A stretch of DNA of 64,000 bases. Source: an uncultured Albidiferax sp. (GTDB taxonomy: Bacteria > Pseudomonadota > Gammaproteobacteria > Burkholderiales > Burkholderiaceae_C). The notes under the pieces were generated by a model. That model was not told the origin of the DNA and made no database searches. It worked only from the letters and a program-made list of their open reading frames with translations. The stretch spans positions 6,487-70,486 of the forward strand of contig CAUPON010000021.1 in NCBI GenBank assembly GCA_963513025.1, written 5' to 3'. Position numbers and translations under genes: made by a program. Shown here piece by piece: positions 29,783 to 40,373 of the stretch. Numbering within the stretch: position 1 is the first letter of the stretch; each line of letters opens with the position of its first letter.

Positions 29783-30745
29783 TCATGGTTTCTGCACGTC
29801 TCTTGACGAGGTTGTTGCGGATTTCATGTCGGTAACGGTAGGTGTTTCAATTGTTACAGGATCCGCTATTGTGTCATTGCCCATGAGTCGTTCCTCCGCC
29901 TCTTTTGTCATGATCGTAATACTGATGCGCCTATTTACTGGCGCTAACGGATTTTTGGTGTCCATGAGGTTGCTGGCGGCCAAGCCGACCACGCGGGCCA
30001 TTTTCTCATCTGGCATGCCAGCTGCAACCAGTTCGCGGCGCGAGGCATTGGCCCGGTCTGCAGACAACTCCCAGTTACTGTAGCCGCGTTCACCATTTCC
30101 ATAGGGCGTGCGGTCAGTGTGCCCTGCGAGGCTAATTCGGTTCTCAACCTCATTTAGCGCACTGCCAATCTCTCGCAAAATTTCACGCATATACGGTTTT
30201 ACTAATGCGCTGCCGCTGTCAAACATGGGGCGATTCTGCTCGTCTACGATCTGGATTTGTAAACCATCCGGTGTGGTTTCCATGCGAATTTGCGAGCGGT
30301 ATTCGCTTAATTTGGGATTGCTCGTAATGAGGGAGTCTATTTTCGCGCGCAAAGTGGACATCCGCTTGGCATCTTGCTTGGCTATTTCTGCCTTGGCCGC
30401 CTTTTCATCCATCTTCTTCTTGGCTGGGTCGTCCCCTGTTCCGCGCGTACCCTGACCCGCTGATTTGGTCAGATCTGAGCCGCCGCCAGACAAAATGCTA
30501 TTGCTCGCCCCTGCGCCGCTACCGCCTTGCATGGCAACTTTCAAGGGTGTATTGAAGAAGTCGGACAAGCCTTTTTTGTCGCCTTCGGAAGTAGAGCCCA
30601 GCAGCCACATCAGCAAAAAGAACGCCATCATTGCTGTCACAAAGTCGGCGTACGCAATCTTCCAGGCGCCGCCATGCACGGCGTGGCCGCCTTTCTTGAT
30701 CTTCTTGACGATGATCGGCTGGAGCTTTTTACCGTCGGCTGCCAT
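29783..30745 (-). CDS. motB: Stator protein B
   Basis: WKIAYADFVTAMMAFFLLMWL, GHTD, NWELSADRANA. Confidence 0.96.
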   Translation of the reverse strand: MAADGKKLQPIIVKKIKKGGHAVHGGAWKIAYADFVTAMMAFFLLMWLLGSTSEGDKKGLSDFFNTPLKVAMQGGSGAGASNSILSGGGSDLTKSAGQGTRGTGDDPAKKKMDEKAAKAEIAKQDAKRMSTLRAKIDSLITSNPKLSEYRSQIRMETTPDGLQIQIVDEQNRPMFDSGSALVKPYMREILREIGSALNEVENRISLAGHTDRTPYGNGERGYSNWELSADRANASRRELVAAGMPDEKMARVVGLAASNLMDTKNPLAPVNRRISITIMTKEAEERLMGNDTIADPVTIETPTVTDMKSATTSSRDVQKP

Positions 30746-30765
30746 GGTGTACTTAGTCTAAAGAC

Positions 30766-31626
30766 CTACTTCTTGCCCTTGACATGGCCTTCCAGCTCGG
30801 AAAAGCTGGGGCGGTCAGTCGAGAATAAAACCTTGCGACCGAATTCGATCGCTGTGGCGGGGTTGTAGCCCTGCATACTGGCCAGCAAGGTGGATTTCAT
30901 GCATTGCAGCTCTTTGGCGCCGTCTTCGGTTTTTTGCTCCAACAGCCCGCCAAGAGGTTCTACCACGCCATATGCGAGCAAGATCCCCAGGAAAGTACCC
31001 ACCAACGCAGACGCGATCATGCCGCCCAGCACCGCTGGCGGTTGTCCCACCGAACCCATGGTGTTTACCACCCCCAGCACCGCCGCCACAATTCCGAAAG
31101 CGGGCAAAGCGCCAGCCAGCCGTGCAATGGCGGCGATCGGGGCGTGGGCTTCTGCGTGGTGGGTGTCAATCTCGCTGTCCATCAGCGACTCGATTTCATG
31201 GGCGTTCAGGTTGCCTGACACCATCATTCGCAGGTAGTCGGTCATGAACTCCACCACGTGGTGGTCGCTGCCGACCGTGGGGTATTTTTTGAAAAGCTCC
31301 GACTCGTGCGGGGATTCCACGTCACCTTCGATGGCCATCAGCCCTTCTTTGCGGGCTTTTTGCAGGATGTCATACAGCAGCGATAGCAGTTCCAGGTAGC
31401 GGGTCTTGGTGTACTTCGAGCCTTTGAGCGCCTGCGGCAGCAGTGCCATGGTGGCTTTGAGTACTTTGGGTTGGTTGTTTACCGCAAAAGCCCCGAGTGC
31501 GCCGCCGAAAATGGTGATCAGCTCGAACGGCAAGGCCTTCAAAATCACAGCAATGTTGCCACCGTGGAAGATGTAAACACCGAAGATGCAACCCATGGAG
31601 ACGGCATAGCCGATAAGGACGATCAT
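30766..31626 (-). CDS. motA: Stator protein A
   Basis: DYLRMMV, PAFGIVAAVLG, ALVGTFLGILLAYG. Confidence 0.96.
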   Translation of the reverse strand: MIVLIGYAVSMGCIFGVYIFHGGNIAVILKALPFELITIFGGALGAFAVNNQPKVLKATMALLPQALKGSKYTKTRYLELLSLLYDILQKARKEGLMAIEGDVESPHESELFKKYPTVGSDHHVVEFMTDYLRMMVSGNLNAHEIESLMDSEIDTHHAEAHAPIAAIARLAGALPAFGIVAAVLGVVNTMGSVGQPPAVLGGMIASALVGTFLGILLAYGVVEPLGGLLEQKTEDGAKELQCMKSTLLASMQGYNPATAIEFGRKVLFSTDRPSFSELEGHVKGKK

Positions 31627-31700
31627 GTCTGGGGGCGCGCAGGAGTTGGGGCGGTGTAGGGGTGCATCGTTATCAAAAGCGGCTTTTAACCTATCTAAAT

Positions 31701-31727
31701 GTATCGGATATGTTGGACCTTACTTTA
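31701..31727 (-). promoter_or_regulatory. Sigma28 promoter of motAB-cheYZ
   Basis: Minus strand TAAA-N15-TCCGATAC. Confidence 0.7.
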
Positions 31728-31840
31728 AAAATAAGGACCACAAAAGGTCATTTAATCGGGCCTTGCTGCAGGGGGTGAAGGTTTATCCTCCCACGAGACG
31801 GATGTCCTGTAAACCATCTCTTACGCAAGGCTGATTGACT

Positions 31841-34800
31841 ATGACTGATTTGACGGACGCTGCCAGTCTTGTCTTGCCCGATGTTGATGCGATGCAGGAT
31901 ACCTTGCAGCAGGCGTTGGAGGCCCATAAAAAATGGGAGTTCGTGTCCGCGGAAGCCTTGTACCGCGCGGTGCTGGAGCTTGATCCTCTGCATGCGGATG
32001 CGCACCACAATCTGGGGGTTTTGCTGGCCGTGCAATTGCTGCGACCACAAGAGGCATTGCCGCACTTCGAGGCCGCACTCAATGCGGATGCAGGGCGCCC
32101 GCAGTTCTGGTTCAGTTACATCGACGCCCTGATCCGCTGCCAGCATTTCGATCTGGCGCGCGAGGTGCTTCCGCTGGCCCAGGCCCAGGGTTTGCAGCTG
32201 GCTGCCGTGAATGCCCTGAGTGAACGGTTGCCTCATCTGTCTCTGAATACCGCCCCGCCGGCGCCTTCCGAACCCTCTGCCGAAGAGATGCAAGCCTTGG
32301 TTCAGCTATTCAATCAGGGTGACTATGCACAGGGCGAAGCGCGCGCCCGTGCACTGGTCCAGCGCTGCCCAGAAAATGGTTTCGCCTGGAAGGCGCTGGG
32401 CACCATGCTACAGCCGCAGGGCAAGAAGGAAGAGGCGTTGGCAGCCAAGTTAAAAGCCGTACAGCTTTTGCCAGAGGATGCAGAAGGCCTGTGCAATTTG
32501 GGCCGCTCGTATTTCGAGCTGGGCCAGACCCAGCAGGCCATCGAAGTGTTGCAGGCCTGTGTGTCCGTCAAGCCGGATTACGCTGAGGCTTTCAATAACT
32601 TGGGCTTGGCCTTGAACGCAGACGGCCAGGTGGATGCTGCGCACCGCTGTTTTGAGCGTGCGATCGCCATACAACCCGGTTTCGCGGAAGCGTTGAACAA
32701 TCTGAGTGGCATTTTTAATGTCCATGGCCTGGTGGACGAGGCTGTCGCAGTGCTGCAAAAAGCGGTGGCGGCCAAGGCCGACTACCGCATCGCCTTCGAC
32801 AACCTGCTGTTTGTATTGAATTACCACCCCGACAAGAGCGCGGAAGACATATTTCAAACCTATGGCGAGTACGAGAAGCGCTTTGGACTGCCGCACCGCG
32901 CCAGTTGGGCCCGGCACCAAAACTCGCGCAATGCCCAGCGGCGCTTGAAGGTCGGTTATGTGTCGCCCGACTTCAAAGGCCATGCCTGCACCTTCTTCAT
33001 GGAGCCGCTGCTGTCCAAGCATGACCGCAACCTGATAGATGTCTATGCCTACGCCGAGTTGACCCAAGAAGACGCTGCAACCCAGCGCTACAAGCAATAT
33101 GTAGAGCATTGGGTGCCCACCCGCGGCATGAGCGACGACGCACTGGCCCAGCGCATCCGGGCCGACGGCATCGACATCTTGGTCGACCTGGCGGGCCACA
33201 CCGCCGGCAACCGCCTGGGCGTGTTTGCGCGCAAGCCAGCTCCGGTGTCGCTAAGCTGGATGGGCTTTGGCTACACCACTGGCCTGAAAGCCATCGACTA
33301 CTACCTGACCGACGATGCCAGCGCTCCGGTTGGCTGCGAGCATGTGTTCTCTGAACAACCATGGCGCCTGCCTGATAGCAGCTACGCCGTGTACCGCCCA
33401 GGGGCCGGCATGGGAGAAGTCAGTACGCTGCCCGCGCAGGAACGCGGCTATGTCACCTTGGGCACCTTAACCCGCGGCGTTCGTATCAACCACCACACCA
33501 TCCGCGTCTGGGCCCAAATACTGCAACGCCTGCCCACGGCCCATATTGTCATCGACAGCAGTTCTTTTAAGGACACAACGGTGCGCGACGCCGCGATAGG
33601 CAAATTCGGCGTTTATGGAGTAGCAGCCGAGCGCCTGCACATCGGCTTTAATAGCCCCCCCTGGGATGTGCTGCGCGGAATCGATATCGGCCTGGACTGC
33701 TTCCCGCATAATTCGGGCACCACCTTGTTCGAGACCCTGTACATGGGGCTGCCCTTCATCACCCTGGCCGGTCGGCCCAGCGTAGGCCGCATCGGCAGCG
33801 CCATTCTGCAAGGTCTCGGCCGGCCGGAGTGGATTGCCCAGACGGAAGAAGAATATGTAAACAAGGTGGTCGCCCTGGCATCAGACCTGCCAGCCCTGGC
33901 CCAACTGCGCACCACACTGCGTGCCCAGATGCAGGCCAGCCAGCTGATGGACGAAGTGGGTTTTACGCGCAAGGTCGAGCAAGCCTATGGCCAGATGTTC
34001 GCGCGCTGGGCACAGCAGAACCCTGTATCGCAGGTGGACACCACACCGGCGCTGGTGACGCGCCGCCATGCGCCTAGCGCGGACGAGATGCGCTTGCTGG
34101 CCTCGTTCTTCGAGTCGCGTGACTTTGTCGCCGGCGCTGCGGCCGCGCGCGAAGTGGTGCGTTTGTATCCCCGCGAAGGCTTTGGCTGGAAGGCGCTGGG
34201 CGCCATGCTGCACCCTCTGGGTCTGGTGGATGAGGCGCTGGCGGCCAAAAAGAAGGCCGTGGAGCTGATGCCGCAGGACGCCGAGGCGGCCTGTAACCTG
34301 GGCCAGTCGCTGCAAGACCAGGGGCACTACATGCTGGCCGAGGCCGCCTTGCAGCGGGCTCTGGTGCTGAATCCCGATTACGCGGAGGCCTATAACAACC
34401 TCGCCATCACGTACCAAAAAATGGGCCGTATTGCCGAGTCGGAAACCAACTTCCGGGCCGCTCTGGCGCTGAAACCCCAGCATAAATGGGTGTACGACAA
34501 CTTTTTGTTCACGCTGAACTACCACCCGGAGCACAGCGCCGAAACCATTTTTGAAGCCTACCGCGAATACGAGCGGCGCTTTGGCGATCCGTACCGGGGT
34601 GACTGGGTCGCGCATGGCAATGACCGCAGCCTGGGCCGGCGCTTACGGGTCGGCTATGTGTCGCCCGACTTCCGCAGCCATTCCTGCACTTTCTTCATGG
34701 AGCCCTTGCTGGCCTGGCACGACCCGGCCGTGGTCGAGGTCACTGCCTACGCCGAGCTGAACAAGGAGGATGCCGTCACCCAGCGTTACCAGCGCCATGT

Positions 34801-37800
34801 GGCGCACTGGGTGCCCACGCGCGGCATGAGCGATGCCGATCTGGCCCAGCGTATCCGGGCCGACGGCATCGACATCCTGGTCGACCTGGCTGGCCATACC
34901 GTCGGCAACCGTTTGGGCGTGTTTGCGCGCAAACCGGCCCCGGTGTCGCTGAGCTGGATGGGCTATGGCTACACCACCGGCCTGCGCGCCATCGATTACT
35001 ACCTGACCGACGAGGCCAGCGCCCCTGTAGGCAGCGAAGCGCTGTTCTCCGAGGAACCCTGGCGCCTGCCGGACAGCTGCTACGCTGTGTACCGCCCGGG
35101 CGACGGCATGGGCGAGGTGAACTCCTTGCCGGCGCTGCAGCGCGGGTACGTCACGTTGGGCACCCTGACCCGCGGTGTGCGCATCAACCACCACACGGTC
35201 AGCGTCTGGGCGCGGGTGCTGCAGCGCCTGCCGACTGCCCATCTGGTGGTTGACAGCCGGTCTTTCCAGGACGCGGCGGTACAGGAAGATGTGATGCAGA
35301 AATTTGTGGCCCTGGGCATAGAGCGCGAGCGCCTGCACATTGGCTTCAACAGCCCCCCCTGGGATGTGCTGCGCGGCATCGACATAGGCCTGGACTGCTT
35401 CCCGCACAACTCCGGCACCACCTTGTTCGAGACTCTGTACATGGGCCTGCCGTATGTGACCCTGGCCGGCCGGCCCAGCGTGGGCCGCATCGGCAGCGCC
35501 ATCCTGCACGGTCTCGGCCGTCCGGAGTGGATTGCCACCACCGAAGACGAATACGTGGATAAAGTGGTCGCCCTGGCATCCGATCTACCGGCCTTGGCCC
35601 GGCTGCGTGCTGGTTTGCGTGCGGAGATGCAGGCCAGCCAGTTGATGGATGAAGAGCGCTTCACCCGCAAGATGGAGCAGGCCTATGGCCAGATGTTCGA
35701 ACGCTGGGTCACCCGCACCGCAGCGGGGGCGGTAGAGGTAGTGCCCAGTGCAGACGCTATGAACGGTCTGGTGCGCCTGTACCAAGAGCAGGCTTTTGCA
35801 GAAGGCGAGCAAGCCGCGCAAGCCCTTGTCGCCCGCTATCCTCGCCACGGCTACAGCTGGAAGCTGCTGGGCTCGTTTGCGCAAAAATGCGGCCATGTCG
35901 ACGCGGCTTTGCAGGCCAAGCAACGCGCTGTGCAGCTCCTGCCTGACGATACCGAGGCGTTGTTCAACCTGGCCATGGCCTATGAGCAGCAGGGCCTGAT
36001 GCGGCAAGCCGAGCCCTGCTACCGCGCGCTGATTGCCTTGCAGCCGGGCGATGCCGAGGCGCACCACAACCTCGGCAACACCCTGGTGGGCCAGGGGCGG
36101 CGCAACGAGGCCATTCCTTGTTACCGCGAAGCCTTGCGGCTCAAGCCCGACTTTGAAGCATCGCACCAAAGCCTTGGGGGCTTGTTGCAGGAGTCGGGTG
36201 GCCTAGTCGAGGCGGAATCGGTCTGGCGCAGCCTGCTGCAGCTCAAGCCCGACGATATGCAGGCAGCCTTGCAACTGGGCCGGGTCTTGCAGCAGCAAGG
36301 ACGGCGGGCCGAGGCCGAGGTCAGCTTCCGCAAGGCGGTCGATGTGTCGGACGACAGCCATGTGGGTTACTTCCACCGCGGCAACTTCCTGGGTGAACTG
36401 GGCTTGCTGGCCGAAGCCGAGGCGGATTTGCGCCGGGCTGTGGAGATCGAACCCCAGGCCGCCGAGGCCTGGAGCAATCTTTGCGGCATCCTCAAGGAGC
36501 AGTGCCGGCTGGTGGAGGCCGAGGCCTGCGCCGTCAAAGCCTTGGAGATCAAGCCCGAGTTTGTCGCCGGCTGGGCCAACCATGCGGTGGTCCTGCTGAT
36601 GCAGGGGCGCCTGGCCGAGGCCGAGGTGAGTTTTCGGCGTGCCATGGCCTTGGAGCCGCAGCTGGTGGGCATTTTCTCCAGCCTTCTGTTTGCGCTGAAC
36701 TACGACGCCGATAAAACGGCGGAGGAGATCTACGCCAACTACGCTGAGTTCGACCGGCTTTTTGGCGCTCCGCACCGGTCGGCTTGGCTCCCGCACAGCA
36801 ATCCGCCCGCAGCTGGGCGCCGGCTGAAGGTCGGGTACATGTCGCCCGATTTCAAAGGCCATGCGTGCACCTTCTTTATGGAGCCCCTGCTGTCCCAGCA
36901 CGACCGCAGCGTGGTGGATGTCTATGCCTACGCCGATCTAGTGAAGGAAGACGCTGCAACCCAGCGCTACAAGCAATATGTAGAGCATTGGGTGCCCACC
37001 CGTGGCATGAGCGACGACGCATTGGCCCAGCGTATCCGCGCCGACGGCATCGACATTTTGGTTGACCTGGCGGGCCACACCGCCGGCAACCGTCTGGGCG
37101 TGTTTGCGCGCAAGCCGGCGCCGGTATCTCTGAGCTGGATGGGCTTTGGCTACACCACCGGCCTGAAAGCCATCGACTACTACCTGACCGACGATGCCAG
37201 CGCTCCGGCGGGTTGCGAGCATCTCTTCTCAGAGCAACCCTGGCGCCTGCCCGACAGCAGCTATGCCTCCTACCGGCCCAGCACGAGCATGGGCGAAGTC
37301 AGTACGCTGCCCGCGCTGGAGCGCGGCTATGTCACCCTGGGCACCCTGACCCGCGGCGTGCGCATCAACCGCCACACCATCCGTGTGTGGGCCCAGATAC
37401 TGCAACGCTTGCCTACGGCCCACCTCGTGATGGACAGCAGCTCATTCAAAGACCAGGTAGTGCAGGAATCGGTGGCCCGGAAGTTTGTCGCCTACGGCAT
37501 AGACCGCGCGCGGCTGCACATCGACTACAGCAGCCCGCCGTGGAACGTGCTGCGCGGCATCGACATCGGGTTGGACTGCTTCCCGCACAATTCGGGCACC
37601 ACCTTGTTCGAAACCCTGTACATGGGGCTGCCGTTTGTCACCCTGGCCGGTCGGCCCAGCGTAGGCCGCATTGGCAGCGCCATCCTGCACGGAGTGGGGC
37701 ATCCGGAATGGATTGCCCAGACCGAAGAAGAGTATGTGGACAAGGTCGTCGCCCTGGCCTCGGACCTGCCTGCCTTGGCCCAGCTGCGCACCACACTACG

Positions 37801-37906
37801 TGCCCAGATGCAGGCCAGCCAGCTGATGGACGAGGTGGGCTTTACGCGCAAGGTTGAGCAGGCCTATGGCCAGATGTTCGCACGCTGGAAGGAGCAGCAA
37901 AAATGA
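31841..37906 (+). CDS. Giant TPR / GT41 (OGT/SPINDLY-like) glycosyltransferase with three catalytic modules
   Basis: TPR blocks ([16 protein letters not shown]) alternate with three copies of [60 protein letters not shown]; ATG 31841 (the ORF track starts at TTG 31835). Confidence 0.9.
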   Translation: MTDLTDAASLVLPDVDAMQDTLQQALEAHKKWEFVSAEALYRAVLELDPLHADAHHNLGVLLAVQLLRPQEALPHFEAALNADAGRPQFWFSYIDALIRCQHFDLAREVLPLAQAQGLQLAAVNALSERLPHLSLNTAPPAPSEPSAEEMQALVQLFNQGDYAQGEARARALVQRCPENGFAWKALGTMLQPQGKKEEALAAKLKAVQLLPEDAEGLCNLGRSYFELGQTQQAIEVLQACVSVKPDYAEAFNNLGLALNADGQVDAAHRCFERAIAIQPGFAEALNNLSGIFNVHGLVDEAVAVLQKAVAAKADYRIAFDNLLFVLNYHPDKSAEDIFQTYGEYEKRFGLPHRASWARHQNSRNAQRRLKVGYVSPDFKGHACTFFMEPLLSKHDRNLIDVYAYAELTQEDAATQRYKQYVEHWVPTRGMSDDALAQRIRADGIDILVDLAGHTAGNRLGVFARKPAPVSLSWMGFGYTTGLKAIDYYLTDDASAPVGCEHVFSEQPWRLPDSSYAVYRPGAGMGEVSTLPAQERGYVTLGTLTRGVRINHHTIRVWAQILQRLPTAHIVIDSSSFKDTTVRDAAIGKFGVYGVAAERLHIGFNSPPWDVLRGIDIGLDCFPHNSGTTLFETLYMGLPFITLAGRPSVGRIGSAILQGLGRPEWIAQTEEEYVNKVVALASDLPALAQLRTTLRAQMQASQLMDEVGFTRKVEQAYGQMFARWAQQNPVSQVDTTPALVTRRHAPSADEMRLLASFFESRDFVAGAAAAREVVRLYPREGFGWKALGAMLHPLGLVDEALAAKKKAVELMPQDAEAACNLGQSLQDQGHYMLAEAALQRALVLNPDYAEAYNNLAITYQKMGRIAESETNFRAALALKPQHKWVYDNFLFTLNYHPEHSAETIFEAYREYERRFGDPYRGDWVAHGNDRSLGRRLRVGYVSPDFRSHSCTFFMEPLLAWHDPAVVEVTAYAELNKEDAVTQRYQRHVAHWVPTRGMSDADLAQRIRADGIDILVDLAGHTVGNRLGVFARKPAPVSLSWMGYGYTTGLRAIDYYLTDEASAPVGSEALFSEEPWRLPDSCYAVYRPGDGMGEVNSLPALQRGYVTLGTLTRGVRINHHTVSVWARVLQRLPTAHLVVDSRSFQDAAVQEDVMQKFVALGIERERLHIGFNSPPWDVLRGIDIGLDCFPHNSGTTLFETLYMGLPYVTLAGRPSVGRIGSAILHGLGRPEWIATTEDEYVDKVVALASDLPALARLRAGLRAEMQASQLMDEERFTRKMEQAYGQMFERWVTRTAAGAVEVVPSADAMNGLVRLYQEQAFAEGEQAAQALVARYPRHGYSWKLLGSFAQKCGHVDAALQAKQRAVQLLPDDTEALFNLAMAYEQQGLMRQAEPCYRALIALQPGDAEAHHNLGNTLVGQGRRNEAIPCYREALRLKPDFEASHQSLGGLLQESGGLVEAESVWRSLLQLKPDDMQAALQLGRVLQQQGRRAEAEVSFRKAVDVSDDSHVGYFHRGNFLGELGLLAEAEADLRRAVEIEPQAAEAWSNLCGILKEQCRLVEAEACAVKALEIKPEFVAGWANHAVVLLMQGRLAEAEVSFRRAMALEPQLVGIFSSLLFALNYDADKTAEEIYANYAEFDRLFGAPHRSAWLPHSNPPAAGRRLKVGYMSPDFKGHACTFFMEPLLSQHDRSVVDVYAYADLVKEDAATQRYKQYVEHWVPTRGMSDDALAQRIRADGIDILVDLAGHTAGNRLGVFARKPAPVSLSWMGFGYTTGLKAIDYYLTDDASAPAGCEHLFSEQPWRLPDSSYASYRPSTSMGEVSTLPALERGYVTLGTLTRGVRINRHTIRVWAQILQRLPTAHLVMDSSSFKDQVVQESVARKFVAYGIDRARLHIDYSSPPWNVLRGIDIGLDCFPHNSGTTLFETLYMGLPFVTLAGRPSVGRIGSAILHGVGHPEWIAQTEEEYVDKVVALASDLPALAQLRTTLRAQMQASQLMDEVGFTRKVEQAYGQMFARWKEQQK
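32795..34009 (+). repeat. GT41 module 1 (1215 bp)
   Basis: [13 protein letters not shown]...YGQMFARW. Confidence 0.85.
34493..35707 (+). repeat. GT41 module 2 (1215 bp)
   Basis: [13 protein letters not shown]...YGQMFERW; offset 1698 bp from module 1. Confidence 0.85.
36674..37888 (+). repeat. GT41 module 3 (1215 bp)
   Basis: [13 protein letters not shown]...YGQMFARW; offset 3879 bp from module 1; 56-bp exact match 33068-33123 vs 36947-37002. Confidence 0.85.
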
Positions 37907-38673
37907 AAGCAGTGATATTGGCCGGGGGCTTGGGCACCCGGATTTCCGAAGAGACGCATCTGCGCCCCAAGCCCATGATCGAGATCGGCGGCAAGCCCAT
38001 ACTTTGGCACATCCTGAAGATGTATTCGGCCCACGGCGTGAACGACTTTGTGATCTGCTGCGGCTACAAGGGCTACATCATCAAGGAATACTTCGCCAAC
38101 TACTTTCTGCACATGTCCGACGTGACCTTCGACATGGCGCAGAACCGCATGGAAGTGCACCACAAGCACGCCGAACCCTGGAAGGTCACCCTGGTGGACA
38201 CGGGAGACGACTCCATGACCGGCGGCCGCCTCAAGCGCGTAGCCGACTACGTGAAAAACGAGCCTGCCTTCTGCTTCACCTATGGCGATGGCGTGTCTGA
38301 CGTGGACATCAGCGCCAGCATTGCCTTCCACCAGCAGCACGGCAAGCTGGCCACGGTGACGGCCGTACAGCCCCCGGGCCGCTATGGCGCGCTGCGCATG
38401 GAGGGCGACGTGGTGCAGGGTTTTACTGAGAAGCCGCGTGGCGACGGCGGCCTGATCAACGGTGGCTTCTTCGTGCTTTCACCCCAGGTGCTGGACCGCA
38501 TCGTCGGCGACAGCACCAGCTGGGAAGCCGAGCCGCTGGCCGGTCTGGCCGAGGAAGGCCAGCTGCGCGCCTACGAGCACACCGGCTTCTGGCAGCCAAT
38601 GGACACGCTGCGCGAGAAAAACCTGCTGGAAGAACTCTGGTCCTCCGGCAAAGCCCCCTGGAAAAAATGGTAA
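37903..38673 (+). CDS. rfbF: Glucose-1-phosphate cytidylyltransferase
   Basis: [46 protein letters not shown]; ATGA overlap with the GT gene. Confidence 0.95.
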   Translation: MKAVILAGGLGTRISEETHLRPKPMIEIGGKPILWHILKMYSAHGVNDFVICCGYKGYIIKEYFANYFLHMSDVTFDMAQNRMEVHHKHAEPWKVTLVDTGDDSMTGGRLKRVADYVKNEPAFCFTYGDGVSDVDISASIAFHQQHGKLATVTAVQPPGRYGALRMEGDVVQGFTEKPRGDGGLINGGFFVLSPQVLDRIVGDSTSWEAEPLAGLAEEGQLRAYEHTGFWQPMDTLREKNLLEELWSSGKAPWKKW

Positions 38674-39728
38674 CCAGCGTCTGGACAAATACCCCGGTTT
38701 TCTTGACCGGCCACACCGGCTTCAAAGGCGGCTGGTTGACCCTGGCCTTGCACGCCATGGGGGCCAAGGTCCACGGCTATGCGCTGGACCCGCACACCCA
38801 GCCCAGTCTGTTCGAGGTGGCGCGCGTGGCCGATGCCCTGGCCAGCGACACCCGGGCCGATTTGGCTGACCGAGCGGCGCTGCAGGCGGCCTTGGCCGCG
38901 GCCCAGCCCACGGTGGTGTTCCACCTGGCCGCCCAGCCCCTGGTGCGCGCCAGCTATGCCGACCCTTTGGGTACTTTTGCCACCAATGTGATGGGCACGG
39001 CCCATCTGCTGGAGGCCGTGCGCCAGGTGCCCAGCGTGCGCGCCGTGGTGGTGGTGACCACCGACAAGGTCTACGACAACCGCGAATGGGTCTACCCCTA
39101 CCGCGAAGCCGATGCCCTGGGCGGCCACGACCCCTACAGCGCCAGCAAGGGCGCCGCCGAGATCGTCGCCGCCAGCTACCGCGCCAGCTTCTTCCATGGC
39201 GCCGATGCGGCGCAGATCGCCACGGCGCGCGCCGGCAATGTGATCGGTGGCGGCGACTGGGCGGCAGACCGCCTGGTGCCCGACTGCCTGCAGGCCTTTG
39301 CCGCCGGCCAGCCGGTGCAGCTGCGCTACCCCGGCGCCGTGCGCCCCTGGCAGCACGTGCTAGAGCCCTTGTCCGGGTATGTTCGCTTGGCCGAACACCT
39401 GTTGGCCCGTGCGCCAGAGGCCGCCAGCGCCTGGAACTTTGGCCCCGACGCCCGCGGCGACGCCAGCGTGGGCCAATTGGCCCAGCGCCTGGCCAGCCTG
39501 TGGGGGCAGGGCGCCCGCGTGGACATGCCTGACGGCGGCGACCATCCCCACGAGGCCGGCCTGCTGCGCCTGGACATCACCCGCGCCCGCGCCCAGCTGG
39601 ACTGGCAGCCGCGCTGGAGCCTGGACCAGGCGCTGGAGCACACAGTGGCCTGGCACCGCGCCTGGCGTGCGGGTGAAGACATGGCCCAGCTCTGCCGCAG
39701 CCAGATGGAGGCCTATGGCCCGTTGTAA
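38667..39728 (+). CDS. rfbG: CDP-glucose 4,6-dehydratase
   Basis: [50 protein letters not shown]. Confidence 0.95.
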   Translation: MVTSVWTNTPVFLTGHTGFKGGWLTLALHAMGAKVHGYALDPHTQPSLFEVARVADALASDTRADLADRAALQAALAAAQPTVVFHLAAQPLVRASYADPLGTFATNVMGTAHLLEAVRQVPSVRAVVVVTTDKVYDNREWVYPYREADALGGHDPYSASKGAAEIVAASYRASFFHGADAAQIATARAGNVIGGGDWAADRLVPDCLQAFAAGQPVQLRYPGAVRPWQHVLEPLSGYVRLAEHLLARAPEAASAWNFGPDARGDASVGQLAQRLASLWGQGARVDMPDGGDHPHEAGLLRLDITRARAQLDWQPRWSLDQALEHTVAWHRAWRAGEDMAQLCRSQMEAYGPL

Positions 39729-39732
39729 TTTT

Positions 39733-39790
39733 TTTGCTATTTTATTGATAGCTTCTCGCGCAGGTGATACCTGCGCTAGAGGCCAATTTT
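39733..39790 (+). repeat. REP-like repeat, copy 4 (inside the sugar operon)
   Basis: GCTAT-tttattg-ATAGC-ttctc-GCGCAGGT-gat-ACCTGCGC-TAGAGGC; perfect 8-bp stem 39758-39776. Confidence 0.8.
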
Positions 39791-39812
39791 GTTCAAAGAA
39801 AGTGGCGCAGCC

Positions 39813-40373
39813 ATGAGCCGCTTTGAATTGCAAGCCACCCCGCTGTCCGGTCTGTGGGTGGTGCAGCGCCAGCGCCTGGGCGATGCCCGGGGCTTTCTGT
39901 CGCGCTTGTTCTGCGCCGACGAGCTGGCTGCGGCCGGCTGGGTCGGTGCCATTGCCCAAATCAACCACACCCAGACGGCCGAGCCCGGCACCGTGCGCGG
40001 CCTGCACTTCCAGCACCCGCCGCATGCCGAGATGAAGCTGGTCAGCTGCATACGCGGCGCGGTGTGGGACGTGGCGGTGGACCTGCGGCCCGACTCGCCT
40101 ACCTATCTGCGCTGGCATGCCGAGACGCTGTCGGCCGACAACCAGCGTGCGCTGCTGATCCCCCCCGGCTTTGCCCACGGCTTCCAGGCGCTGGAGGCCG
40201 ATGTGGAAATGCTGTACTGCCATTCCCAGGCCTACGCCCCGCAGAGCGAGGCCGGCTTGCACCCGCAGGACCCGCGCCTGGCCATTGCTTGGCCGCTGCC
40301 GGTGCGCGGCCTGTCTGCCCGTGACGCCAGCCACCCGCCGATGGGCGATGATTTTGAAGGAGTTCGTTTGTGA
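39813..40373 (+). CDS. rfbC: NDP-4-keto-6-deoxyhexose 3,5-(or 5-)epimerase (RmlC/RfbC cupin family)
   Basis: DARGFL, VRGLHFQ, KLVSCIRGAVWDVAVDLR, GFAHGFQAL; start re-called to ATG 39813. Confidence 0.88.
   Translation: MSRFELQATPLSGLWVVQRQRLGDARGFLSRLFCADELAAAGWVGAIAQINHTQTAEPGTVRGLHFQHPPHAEMKLVSCIRGAVWDVAVDLRPDSPTYLRWHAETLSADNQRALLIPPGFAHGFQALEADVEMLYCHSQAYAPQSEAGLHPQDPRLAIAWPLPVRGLSARDASHPPMGDDFEGVRL

Noticed and set aside
31778-31819. AAGGTTTATC upstream of the GT41 gene as a class-2 site
   Set aside because: No acceptable -10 hexamer at the 26-27 bp spacing, so co-regulation of the island with flagellar genes is not shown by sequence.
32450-37702. Repeated minus-strand ORFs with near-identical translations ([12 protein letters not shown]..., [10 protein letters not shown]...)
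   Set aside because: They are the antisense image of the three GT41 modules, not a separate repeated gene.
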